64,000 nucleotides of DNA. Origin: Lama guanicoe (lineage: Eukaryota). The notes under the pieces were generated by a model, which was given only the letters and a program-made list of their open reading frames with translations, was not told the DNA's origin and searched no databases. The position numbers and the translations under genes are program-made. The DNA lies in the NCBI GenBank assembly GCA_013239625.1, contig MU053629.1, positions 2,507,567 to 2,571,566 on the forward strand. Reading direction: 5' to 3'. This document shows, one piece after another, positions 51,775 through 64,000 of the stretch (position 1 is its first letter; each line of letters opens with the position of its first letter).

Positions 51775-53214
51775 ACCATAACTTTTGTGGCTCTCTACTG
51801 GGCTAAAGTCCTTTTCATCTTCACGTACATGCACATACATCCTTGTACGTGCAGCTGCAAGTTAGCATGTGACTTCACAAAATCAGGACCCTAATCAATA
51901 GTAAGTTGTAGAACAAAGGTACAGTCCCCTAGAAAAATAACTCTTAGCTCTTCAACCCTGCCCCAGAATGACACTGAAAGGACAGACAGTCCTCCTTTTG
52001 TCTATTTCCAAGTTATGGAAAACTTTTCTCAACAGCGTAGAGCACTCTTCTCCATGCTCACGCCTCCTGACCAGTGCTGATCACACTTGCAATCTCGAGA
52101 TCCATCAGCTCACCTCTCTCTCAACCCACAGAGCTTTCTTTGTCGGCTTTTGCAGCTGGCTGCGTGGACCAGCCCAGACTGGCCTGCTGGCTCCTGGGGT
52201 TCAGTCGCTCCTCGGTCCAGAGCAGCCCTTTCTGAGATGCCTTTTGTGTGTGATAATAACACAGTGCTCACAGAGCGCTTTCCCACAGTTGACTTGTTTA
52301 AGCTTTGTAAGAATTTTTAGTGGTAAGCAGCTCAGCAACATCCCCACTCCCTTCCTGAAGATAGAGAAGAAAAATCCCAAACACCCAAAGGTCACACGTG
52401 ACTAGAAGAGGCACGAGGAGGAAGTAGCAGAACCCGGCTTTGAAACCAGGACCACATGCTCTTTTCTGTTGCTGCCTCTCTGCTTGGCTGACATTCTGGG
52501 ATGGACAGGGTGGTTCTGCCAGTCTCCTTTACACGCTCCTTCCTGACACCCTTCTCTCTGCACCTCTTCTTGGGGTTCATCTGCTCCCCTGAACAGTAAA
52601 TTAACTGTCCTGGGTTCTCTTGCCTTAGGATCTAACTGGGAGACAAAAGACCTCCTTCACGAGGGTGTACCCTGGTCAATACCCTGGGGGTGTTTGCACT
52701 TTCACAGATACTCCCTGCCTCTCACGAGTGTGGGGGAGGTCTTCATAATCCAGCCCACCTTCTCCCCTGGCTTCACAGGTCAGGCCACATTGTTTCCTCC
52801 TCCACCCCGCCACCCTCAGCAAGGATGGTTATGACACCTGCTTTGTGGGTGAGGAGGTCAGCAGAAAGCTGAAATGAGTCACCCAAAGTCACACAGCCAG
52901 CCATGTGGAAGAGCAAGGACCTGGGACCAGGACTTGGGATTCTCAGCCTCTGGCATCCAGACTTAACCACGGCATGAAGATGTTTGGGAGCACAAGCCAG
53001 GTGCAGGAGGGCAAATTACAGTGATGCTTAGGGGTTACTAAACCCTGACCCTGACCCTGGAAACCCTGCACCCCAAGCTATCCTCTCCATGGTAATTACC
53101 CTGGCTTGCTTATGTAACCTGCCTGACAGAGCCAGAAGGAGACGCCAGACCTATCCGCCCTCCAGCCAGGGCCTGCTCCCCTGCTGGCCTCCCTTCTGTC
53201 TGCTCACGCGGTCA

Positions 53215-53715
53215 GAGCCATCCTCATGATATGCCAGCCACACCTTGTTGCTTCTGCGCTCAGACCCTTGGGAGCTCCTCATCTCACTCGAGTGACGGCC
53301 AAAGTCCCTTCAGAAGCCCCTTCTTGAAGTACACTGGGCACACTACCCCCTCAGGACCTTTGCATGGTGCCCATCTGCTGGGCACACCTCCCTCCCTCAG
53401 CCGCCTGACTCCCTCAGCCGCCTGACTCACTCCTATGGGCCTTTGCCCAGATGCTGCTTTCATTCTGAGGCCTTTCCTGACACCCTCCTTAAAAGCTACC
53501 CCCCCCATTTCTGCATTCCCTACTCCTTTTCCTGTTTTATTTATCTCCCTAGCATCTAGCATCACCTCCCATGCTATGTTTTCACTTGTTTAGTGTCTCC
53601 TAGTAAAACTTGAGCTCCACGAGGGCAGAGACTTTTTGTCTGTTTGTTCACTGCTCTATCACCAGGACAGTCAATAGAACATAGCAGGGGCTTAATAAAA
53701 ATGTAATGAATGAAT
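53215..53715. mobile_element. LINE-2 fragment
   Basis: 'cctcaggacctttgcatggtgcc...tgagctccacgagggcagagactttttgtctgtttgttcactgct...aatgaatgaatg'. Confidence 0.8.
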
Positions 53716-56113
53716 GGTGCTCAATGGATGTCAAAAAATGAATGAAGGACTCAAATGATCAATCAAAGGAGAAAGCCATGGAGAGAGGCTGTCGGATTTT
53801 AGAGGAGAGGGGTCTATCGCTGGCAGGGGGCGGGGTGGGCAGGTGACTGGGGAGACCTTCATGAAGAGGTGATGGGCTGTGGGGTCCACAGTCCACCGTG
53901 GGAAGAGTGGGGTCTGAGAGCAGCAGCTTCTCAGAGGCCGCTTCCCTGGCTCCAGTGGAGGAGAGGAGGCTGGGATTGGAAGTGCTAATCATCCTGTGAA
54001 AAATTGCTCCTCTTGGCGGTGGAATACACACAGGGCTGGTCTGTTTATTTTCCTTTGGCCCCAAGCAGCTGGGCCTCTTTTTCATCCTAATTGCTTTGCT
54101 TCAAGTTGCTGTCACTTCCCAGGAACGGTGGCAAGTAAACTGTGCTGGTGGGAGACACAGCTGTCGGTAGACAGGCCACCTCTGAGCATGCCCATCACGG
54201 GCACGGTTATGGGACCCCCAGGGAGGGGGGACCTCCCAGGACTCATCCCCGCAGGGTCCTTTGCATCCCTCATGATTCTCCCCCTGGAGTGGGGAGCCCC
54301 TCTCACTGGCACCCCAGCAACTAACAAAAGGTACAAGGGGCCTTTTGTAGGGCCACAGGGTCTTGGAGCAGGGTATAAGCGTCTCGTCCAACCCCTCAGT
54401 TTTACAGGGAGGAAAGGAAAGTCAGGGCTGGGGGCGGGGCAAATAACTCACCTGGAGACACACAGCAATGCACAGATTACTCTGAGCTAAAACCCACATC
54501 TCCAGAATCCTCTTCCCACCACACCATGCTGCGTCTCTTATGCTACCTTCCAGGACACCTGTGAGGGAGGTTCCCCGGAATGACCCATCAGGCCTGCCCT
54601 CCCTGACCCCAGACCTCCATCCTTATTTTTTCCAGGAAACCTCACCCCTCTTGTGGCACCTTATTTCAGCACTCTGCTTTCATTCAGCAGATAGAGGCAA
54701 AAAGTTGGTCTCTAATGGTGGTATTGGAGCACTTGGGCCCTTCACATCTCTCTCTCTCTCACACACACACACTCACACTTTTGACAACTCTAAGCATGGC
54801 CTGACAACATTGATCCAGTGTGCGTTTCTTTCCAGTAACATATTTGCATTCTACCTGGGGCCTTCCATGAATGGGCCTAACCCCACAGAGGGAATTTCAG
54901 GTTCTCAGAAGGGGAGCCAGTGTTGGGTTGGGATGGAAGCAAGGGGCTGAGGATCCGAGTCCCTTGGGGCCAGTTCTGCCCACCAGGAAGCCAGCTGGTT
55001 TTGAAGTCAAACCCTGGCTCTGACAGTAACTGCTCTCTGACCCTGGGGAAGTTCCTTAACCTTTCTGATATTATGGTGTCTCAAATCTAAATTGGGAGGA
55101 TAATTCTTGCCCCAGAGGATGGTTACGAGAGTGGAATGAGAACCTAGCTAGAGGTTATGCTCACCGTCCATGTTCCTTCCTCCTCCCCACCTCTTCACCC
55201 CCCCAACTTCTCCCTCTGCATTGAGACCCTGTCCGTGCAGCAGGCACAGGTTGGATGAGCCGAACACGGTCCTGCAGTCTATGTACTTGTCACTCAGTGA
55301 GGGGGCAGGATGGCAGAAGGGTAAACATCGGCTTTGGCATCAGGAGACCTGGGTTCCTCTTCCAGCTCCATCACTTGCCAGCTGAGTCATCTTGGGCAAT
55401 CTCGGTTTCTTTATAAAATGCTGAGGATGATAAGACTTAACCGTATACAGAGCTGCTATGCAGACAGATCACGTGAAGCACCTGTAGCTCTCCCAGTAAG
55501 GAGGGAGCTTGGAGCCTTGAATGCCAGGCTGAGAATGTGGGCCTTACTCTGTAGGAAGTGGGGAGCCCCAGCAAGTGTTTGAGGTGACGAATATGGAAGA
55601 CGGAACCAAGCCCCTCACCCGCCCTGTCGGCCCCTCCAGATCCATTCTCCCCTTCTCCTGCTCCCGCCTCCCCCAGGAGGCTGATCTTTTGGGTTACATC
55701 ACTGGCTCTTGGCGCTGGCTCCCAGTGGGAGTGGGAGGTCAGGGGTCCTCGTTCCTGTCTCCCTCCCCTTAGGGCTGCCCTCACACTGACTTCTTTTCCT
55801 CCACTGGCCAGAGTCACAGCTCCAGTCACGTGGCCCTTTCTGTGCCGCCCTCTCAGTCTCCAGGCTGCGGTGGCCACCTCTCCCCTCACCCTGCAGGCCT
55901 GGGAGTGGCGAGAGCCCCCCGTCACTAGCCCCGCACCATCCTTACCATGGCAGCCTCCACCCTTAGTAAACAGCCTCTTTCCTCAAGTCTCCTCTAATGA
56001 CCTGATTTGACTGTGCCATTTCTTTCCTGCCAAGATACGTGCCCTGTGCCTCTGGCTCTCGTCTCTCTGGGCATCTGTCACCGAGTGGCTTGGTCTGGGT
56101 CCAGCAAATGATA

Positions 56114-56862
56114 CAGGCTTACTTCGTGTTATTGCACATTGCTTCCCAGACGTTGCGTCTTTTATGAACTGGGGGTTTGTGCCAACCCTGCGTCGAGCAA
56201 GTGTCGGCGCCATTTTCCAACAGCATCTTCGTGTCCCTGTGTCACATTTTGGTAATTCTCGCGGTATTTCAAAACTTTTTCGTTATATTTGCTGTGGTGA
56301 TCTGTGGTCAGTGATCTTTGATGTTACTGTGGGAACTGTTTGGGGATGCCATGAACTGCACCCATGTAAGACGGCGAACTTAATGGATTGTGAAATGACC
56401 ATGAAAGATCTAAATTGTTACATAAACTTAGTTGATAAAGCAGCAGCAGGACTGACTCCAGTTTTGAAAGAAATTCAATTGTGGGCGAAATGCAACAGTG
56501 AAATCATTCATGAAAGGAAGAGTCAATCGATGTGTCAAACTTCACTGTTGTCTTATTTTAAGAAATTGCCACAGCCGTCCCATCCTTGGGCCATCACCAA
56601 CCTAAGCAGTCAGCAGCCAGCAGCACTGAGGCAAGATACCCCCCAACCCCAGTACAGAGTATGGCTTGCTGAAGGCTTAGAGGATGGTCTGCACTTTTTC
56701 GCAATAAAGTACTTTTTAATCAAAGTATAGACATTGTGCCGATGCACACTTATAGACTATACAGTGTAAACATAACTTTCATATGCACAAAAAAATCTGT
56801 ACGTGACTTGCTTTATTGCGGTGGTCTAGAACTGAACCCACAAGATCTCTGAGGTATGCTTG
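56114..56862 (+). mobile_element. Internally deleted Tigger1 (TcMar) DNA transposon
   Basis: TA|CAGGCTTACTTCG ... GAGGTATGCTTG|TA: terminal inverted repeats plus TA duplication. Retains transposase C-terminal text YINLVDKAAAG...ERKSQSMCQTSLLSYFKKLPQP. Confidence 0.92.
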
Positions 56863-58457
56863 TACTGGAAAATGTCCATCTCAGTATCTTGGCCTGATTA
56901 CACAGTGATGGGAACCAGAGAAACATCTTACCAGAAGGGGTGGTGCCTCAGTGACCGGAAGCTTCCTTGTCTTCCAAACCACTTGAATTGGAGGGGAAAA
57001 AAGTGACCTTTAGAAGCTCTCTGAGGAGTGGCTGGGAATGGAAACAGAACCCAAAAATGCGTGGGCTCTAGGGAGCCCAGCTTCTGCTGCCCCCTCCCAA
57101 GTGAGGGACCAGGCAGGTCTGCAGCCCCGGCCTCTAGGTAAGGTCTGGTTCTCCACTGCCCCGGTCAGACCTGACTTATACCATGCTTAACCGGGGGGGT
57201 CCTGCAGGGGTCAACACGGAGCCCTAGCGACCTTTTCTCCAGGCCCAGCCCTGCCACCCATTTGCTGGGTGATATTGGGCTGGTTGCACTACCTCTCTGA
57301 ACACCACTTTGCATCTGTCAGTGAAGGCAATAGCCCCTGTCTGGTGCAAGCGTTCGCTGTGTGGTCAGTGAGGAGACGTATGTGAGGCCCATGGTGAGGG
57401 GAGCCGGGTGCTCCAGCCTCTAGCTCAGACTTCTGGCTTCTAACTGACAGTGTCATCCCAAGTACCCAGAGCTTCCCTTAATCCTTTCTGGTGAGTCTGT
57501 CACCAGGCAACTCAGTGAAACCTCTTCGGAAGCCAGTTACACTTGCATGGCCTCCCTGGAGAGAGGTAACTTTCATGGTTTCCCTCCTTTCCTCCCTTCC
57601 TCCCTCTTCATTCAGCAAACATTCCAAACACCTCCTCTAACCACAAGCTGTGCCAGGCACAGGAGGCAGGGAGACAAAGCAGGTTCAGTCCCTGCCCCTA
57701 GGGCTTCACATGGAATGATGGAGGGCCCCCCCAACCGCTGCCAGCAATCACAGGACCACAAGGTGTCCCTGTTGGAGATGAGCCCCTCGGTGACACACAG
57801 GACTTCCAAACCTCCTGGCAGCCCATGCTTTGGCCCATCTTTCCCTCATCCCGCTTTACAGTCTTAGATTTTTCTCTAGGTTCAAGGGGTAAAAGGACAC
57901 CCTTTGCCCCATTTTGGCACCTGCCTTTACTCATTTTCTCTCAGTGCATCCAGGAGGGTGCCTTGGTCGTCAGCAAGAGAAATAGCCTTTAGCTAAGTTA
58001 AGGAGAGCAGGAGTCTAGTGGATGGGTTTTAGGTAGCTCTAGGCTCCCAGGGAAGGCTGGAGCACCAGCTGGGAAAGGATGGAATGAATGTGCTCAAGGT
58101 TCCAAGGTTCCACGCCGGAGTCGGCCTGGCCCTGTGTGGGTGACTTATGCCCCCTCCCTGGTCAGGAGAGGACAGGGCACTTTGACTACAACACACTGAG
58201 ATGGCCCACAGCTCGGGGAGGTAATTCCTCCAGGTTCACTGGCTATCACTTAAGTATAAGAGGGAATGACCCTTAGCTGGGCCAGAAAACAGCAGCGACC
58301 ATTATGGTCTCCCTTCCATCCCTCGTGTTGTCACTGCTGTGTCGATTCCATCGCTCCCTGGCTGCAGAGTCAAGTCCAAACTCTCCAAGGCCCAGCCACA
58401 ACCCTCCAGGCACACGGAGGAGCTCACCACTCCCCTCCCACCCCAGGTTGTCTCACG

Positions 58458-58974
58458 TCTCACAGGGAAGAACAAATCTGACTCCGTATTAGATCTGTTC
58501 CTTTGGCTCTAACCCTGTGCTCTGTTTCCTGTGCTGAGTCATGCTGGCTCTGCACTTTTTGTAAAAGAATGTTGCCTATAGCCTGAAATACACAGGAGAG
58601 CCTGTTCTCAAGGCTCTGACCTTTAATAAGAGTATAACACTTTCCCATTCATATAGATAAAAGTTGCAGAAAGAAAAATAACATTTGTCTTGTTGGAGGT
58701 TTGCAGGGACACTGACCTGACCCACGTGGACAGCTGCAAGAACAAAGGATTCTGACACCAAGAAGTTTGCAACAACCAACCACACCCCCACCCTCTTTAG
58801 TATAAAAGGACCCTGAATTCTGACTTGGGGAAGATGGTTCTCCAGGACATTAGTCTGCCATCTTCTCAGTCTGCCGGCTTTCTGCATAAAGTTGTTTTTC
58901 TTTGCCCCAACACCTCGTCTCCCGATTTATTGGCCTGTCATGTGGCGAGCAGAACAAGTTTGGACTTGTTAACA
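58458..58974 (+). mobile_element. Solo endogenous retrovirus LTR
   Basis: LTR-style start 'cacagggaagaacaaatctgactcc', TATAAAA at 58801, degenerate poly(A) signal near 58885, ends ...GTTAACA. 5' boundary approximate. Confidence 0.8.
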
Positions 58975-61164
58975 ATGCCTGGGTGACAGCTGCCTGGGAT
59001 GTCCTTCCTCTCCTTTTCCACGTGAAGAACTCCTGCCGACACTGCAAGGCCCAGCTCAGTTGTGACCCTTGTGCCAGCCTGAGGCTCAGCTCTCAGCCTG
59101 GCTCAAGCTGCTGCAGGTGGGGGCTCACCTCTGCCTGGAGGCTGCCCTCACTGCACCAGAGTTGGTGGCGTACAACCTGTCTGTCCCCATGGTGGAGCCC
59201 CTGATGCCCTCCCCTCCATCCCTTATCTCCTCCTGGTGCCCAGCACAGGGCCGGCTGAGGTTCGTGGAATTGTTTAGCTGCTGAGGGTTTCAGAATCTGT
59301 GATCAAGTCATGTCCTGGGGCTGGTCTGTCCTGGGTCCCTGGCTCCCCAGCCCCCTTGGCTTCCATCCTTCCACCCTCACCTGGCACCCAGTGAATGTCT
59401 CCGTTCAGCCTAAAAACATTTTCTTAATGACAAAAATAAATAAATAAATAAAATCATAGGTTACAGATCTTGAGCAGTAAAACAGCAGATGACGTTGTGT
59501 GGGCAACTTCCCAGAGGACACAGAACACACGTCTCCTGAGCGGGCGGCCTTATAAGGACAGGTTCAGGAGAATGGGCAGGAGGCAGAGCCACCCGCCAAG
59601 GAGAGAGGGGGTGGGTGCCCCACCGCTGGGCTGGGAGTGGAGCCAGCAGGGGTGCTGGCCAGGACCCAGTTCCGCAAGAGGAGCTGGAAAAGTACCACCT
59701 CTGCAGGCCCTCGTGGGGCTAAAGCCCGCCGGTCCCTCTGCCTTCCCTGTCATCGTCACCAGCACAGGCACTGACCCGCTCTCAGGTGGCTGCCATGCTG
59801 AGCACCCCCCCGCCCCACCTCGCACTGAGAACCCTCCCGCCCCAGGACAGGCCATTTCTCATTCTTCCCACTTTCCCTCTTTCCTGGCCCAGCAGGGCCG
59901 GGCACCCAGCTGCAGTAAAGCTTTGCTGGGTGGAAGAATTAGTAAGTGAATGGTTCTTTGGTGGTGGTTTCGGCTCATCAACTGGACAGTGGTACCTGGA
60001 ACACAGGAGCAGCACCTTCTCGGCGAGACCAGCGCATAGCTTAGTAGGATTAACAGAGGACTGGGTGGTTATGTGGGCCATGCCTTTGAGTAGAGCTGAG
60101 CCGTCAGTTCCCACCTCACAAAGGATCATCTTTGTCCCCAACATGAAGGCACATGCACGCCACAATTCCTCCAGAGCATCCCTGTGGCAGGGGCCTCACT
60201 CCTCCTGAGGACAGCGTGTGTGCGTGTGTAAGAGGGAGAGAGAGAGTTTCGGGGAGAGGCCTGGCTGTCGAGGCATTCCTCTGAACCCCCCAGCACATCT
60301 GGGAACAAAGCCATCGCCCCCACCTTGGGATGGGAGGGTGAGGAGAGGTGAGCAACTGGAGGCCCTGTCCTGAGGGAGGGGCTCTGGAAGCCTCCCCCAC
60401 TTCTCATTAGGAGAAGACTCTTTCTAGAGCTCCCGAAAGCCCCAGATCCTCCTCAAAATGAGTCATAAAAGAGACAGAATGGATGGTCAATGGAGGTGAA
60501 AACTCAGCCAGCCACCAGGTCCTGTGGCCAGCTTTTACTCGGCCTAAACCTTGTCATTTACGAGCCACTGTTCGTGAGGTAAGCATTGCCATCTCCCTAA
60601 ATCCTTTTTTAAAAGGCAAAGGGAGTTTCTCTGCAGGGGCCGCCAATCACCTCTCTGATCACCTGGTGAGAGAGGTCTGGGGAGCGGGGCGGGAGGGGGA
60701 GTGGAAGGAAGTGGGTGAGAGGGGGAGGGTCCGGGAAGAGGAAGCTCCTGACCTCTCCAGGGATCCCCGGATGCCAACTGTGACCTGAGCGTGCGTCCTC
60801 CTCCGCTCTCCTCAGAGGGGAAGGGTCAGGGCCAAGAGAAGCCTCTGGCAGCCCCTCAGCTGGCACTCCTCCTGCCAGGAGAGTGTTGTCAGCTGAAGAA
60901 GGTTGACTCAAGTTGAAGCAAGAGCCCCAGAGGCATGAGAAGAGCAGAGCCAGCTGTGTCGGCTTGAGCCTGGTGAGGGCCCAGCCTTGCCTGACACCCT
61001 GACCTCTGAGGAAGGCCTGCTCCACTGTCACACTGTTCCAAAATAGAAATGTCCCTTGTATAAAGAGAGATATACAAGGTTTTGTGTAAACAAAACTCCC
61101 TTATATGACTGTCAGAAATTCCACCATCAGTCACGTATTATTTTGGCTTAAGCATTGCCCCTCT

Positions 61165-61352
61165 GTGGTAGGCTGAATAATGGTCCCCGAAAGACGTGCC
61201 TCTCCTAATCCTTGGAATTAAATGCTACCTTACATGGTAAAAGGGACTTTGCAGCTGTGATTAAGTTAAGGATTTTGAGATGGGAGATTTGCCTGGATTA
61301 TCCAGGTGGGTCCAATGCAATCACAAAGGTCCTTATAAGAAGGAGGCAGAAG
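61165..61352 (+). mobile_element. MLT1-type MaLR LTR fragment
   Basis: 'tgtggtaggctgaataatggtcccc...taccttacatggtaaaagggactttgcagctgtgattaagttaagg'. Confidence 0.85.
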
Positions 61353-63194
61353 GGTCAACTAGCTAGAGGGCAATGCACACATTTCCCTGAGAAGGAAACA
61401 CACAAGGGTCTTGAGATTTCAGCCTGAAATAGTTGATGAGGGTCCCCTCCCGGGCCCAACCCTGCACCGCACCCTCCCCATCAAAGTCAGGAAGGCTTCT
61501 TTAACCTGCTGGTACTGGGCCTCTGAGGGAGCCCGGGGTGGGGTCGGGGAGGGAGACACAGAAGAGGAGACAGGGTATACAGGCACAGAAGTAAAAGGAA
61601 AACCCAAGGCAGAGCTTGCTTCCTTCTGCATCCTTGGGCCAGGCCTTGGTTTACCACCTGGTCCTCTGACTTCACCTTCCCCCTGGCCTCCTCTTCAAGG
61701 GTCATCCTGTCTAGACCCTGCCTTCAGGTAGCTATGTGTGTCATCTGCTGCTGTTTCAAGGGGTCACCAATGACCCTTAGTATTAGCTGCAGAGACTGTC
61801 CTCCCAGGTGGCATTCCCAGAATCCTCTGCTCTGGCCACCTTCTTAAACCCTGCTGACCAAAGAGGCAAAGTCACTGGGGGAGAGGTTCTCCCAGGTTTT
61901 CTGAGTTTGATTATAAATGCTGGAGATTTGTTAACCATAACAGTAATGAGAAGGATGGCAGAGTAAAGGCAGTAGTGCTTATAGAATGAGGCAGGATAGA
62001 AATATGAATAAATAAGTAAATAGCGACTAGATACCATGCCACAAGCTTCCTGTGCAGTATCTTGCTCAACCATCCCAACTGGGAAGTTTTAGTAGCCATA
62101 GTTTATGGATAAGAACTGAGGCACAGAGAGGTTATGTGACTTTCAAAATGTCACACAGCTAGTTAGTAATAAGGCTGTAGTTTCAGCCCAGATCTGACTT
62201 CAGAGTCCATGCCTTAAACCACCACACTATTCTACCTCCTAAAACATAATTTAAGCTAACAGTGTGCCCATTGCTATCTCATTTTTAATCAAGTGATAGT
62301 TTTCTAGGGATGGGAAACTTTGGGAGATGGATGGGAGGAGTGATACGGGGGAAGGCCCTGCCATGTGGGTGAGGGCCCGCTAACTGGTCGCCTCTAATCA
62401 AGGGGATTTAATAAAGTGGCAGACCAAGGCCAGATTTCCTTAATCAAAATGTAAATAACTTTGGATTTAACACTACCTCTTAGAAATTGAATTTGAATTT
62501 TACTGTCTCTTCCAAGTGCAGTTTTATTTTTGACTAACTTAATGTCATCTTGCTGATTTCTCAAATAGTTTAATGTTGCCTGCAAGTTATTTAAAGCAAG
62601 TTTTAAGGCCAAAGAATATTTTTAATGTAATTTCAAGTTGGCAGGCACTGGGGCTAGTGGAAAGTACACAGGGGCCGGAGGGGCCTCAGGAGACCTGGGT
62701 TCTAGTCCCGAATTTGCTGTTTAGGCCTGTGTCGACCTGCAGAAGTCCTCACTACATATTCGAAGAAGGTGACTGGGTTGAAGCCATCAGAAACATGGAA
62801 GATTTTGTTTGTTTGTTTGTTTTGCAGGCCTCAGCTCCAGGTCCAGCCCTGTTTGCTGGGTGGAGGGGGCTGACAGTTTTGATTCTGTGCTAATTGCTGC
62901 AGGTGTTTGCACGGGGCCAGCTGGGAAGGGCAGGGACACCAGCATCTTGTCTTCTGACCTCTGCTTGCCTGATTCACGGGCTCCAGCAACTCATCGCCTC
63001 AGTCCCTGGGAACCTCCAGAAGAGAGGCCTGGGGTGCCTGGAGACAACTGTGGTCCCAAACTGCCCACTCCCCAAATGAGGAAAGATTGACACAGGACCA
63101 CAGATTGTCAGAGCAGAAGAGGCCCAGATCACTGGCCCTCAGGGTCAGACATACTGGTTATGGGCCCATGACATTGAGTAAGAATCCCCAGAGT

Positions 63195-64000
63195 TATTGG
63201 CATTAAAAACAGACACATAAATCCATGGAACAGAATAGAGAACCCAGAAATAAACCCATATATATATACACACAATTAATTTACAGTCAAGGAGCCAAGA
63301 GTATACAATGGGGGAAATAAACGGTGTTGGGAAAACTGGACTGCCACATGCAAAAGAGTGAAACTCAACCCCTATCTTCCACCACACCCAAAAAATAATT
63401 CAAAGGGGATTAAAGACTTGAATGTCAGCTGTGAAACCATGAAACTCCTAGAAGAAAACACAGGAAGTTTTGCTCCTTGACATCAATCTTGTTGATGGTT
63501 TTTTGAATCTGACAGCCAAAGCGAAAGCAACAATAGCAAAAACAAGCAGGACTACATCAAACTGAAAAAGCTTCTGCACAGCAAAGGAAACCATCCAAAA
63601 AGTGAATAGGCAACCTATACAATGAGAGAAGATATTTGTAAATCATACATCTGATAAGGAGCTAATATCCAAAATACATAAAGAACTCACACAATTCAAC
63701 GGAAAAAAAAATCCAATTAAACAATGGGCGATAGATAGATCTGAATAGACATTTTCCCCCTCCCCCAAAAAACCAAAAAACAAAAAACAAGACATGCAGA
63801 TGGCCAATAGGTACATGAAAAGATGCTCAGCATCACTAATCATCAGGGAAATGCAAATCAAAACTACAACGAAATACCACCTCACATCTGTCAGAATGGC
63901 CATCATCTAAAGGACCACAAATAACATGTTGGTGAGGATGTGGAGAAAAAGGAACACTTGTGCTCTGTTGGTGAGAATGTAAATTGGTGCAGCCACTATG
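63195..64000 (+). mobile_element. LINE-1 ORF2 3' region (decayed, continues beyond the window)
   Basis: 'tggaacagaatagagaacccagaaataaacc...gaaaaagcttctgcacagcaaaggaaacc...tcagggaaatgcaaatcaaaac'. Confidence 0.93.

Noticed and set aside
60148..60200. Minus-strand GPCHRDALEELWRACA, vaguely like my recollection of the UBAP1L C-terminus (ALEELVACA), the next gene expected by synteny
   Set aside because: Similarity is short, needs an indel and does not extend upstream. I found no recognisable UBAP1L exon in the window; it probably lies beyond 64000. A tblastn with UBAP1L would settle it.
61761..61776. GGGTCA-ccaa-TGACCC inverted half-sites
   Set aside because: 4-nt spacing fits neither IR-1 nor IR-3, and there is no promoter context.
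1..64000. CRISPR arrays, operons, prokaryotic defence systems, rRNA
   Set aside because: The sequence is intron-containing mammalian DNA; no regularly spaced repeat-spacer structure or rRNA-like sequence was seen.

Overview
Mammalian genomic DNA, not prokaryotic. A tRNA-derived SINE and the style of the L1 3' ends suggest a camelid (inference). Gene order matches the human 15q22.31 block: MTFMT (minus, exons 1-3, running off the left edge), SLC51B/OST-beta (plus, complete 130-aa CDS), RASL12 (minus, complete 5-exon 266-aa CDS) and intronless KBTBD13 (plus, 461 aa). I checked the exon boundaries and phases by hand. Most remaining sequence is L1, L2, MIR, MLT, MER, Tigger and LTR debris. The most interesting unexplained signals are: (1) about 4.7 kb of apparently non-repeat minus-strand sequence between MTFMT and SLC51B with exon/intron architecture and protein-like but stop-riddled frames, a candidate dead (unitary) gene I cannot name; (2) one 9-nt element, TTTATTAAA, that reads as a poly(A) signal on both strands where SLC51B and RASL12 converge; (3) a perfect palindrome with 18-bp arms; (4) a ~90-bp inverted duplication flanking ~1.55 kb upstream of KBTBD13. 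No CRISPR array, rRNA or genuine tRNA gene was seen. I cannot demonstrate a new biological system from the sequence alone.
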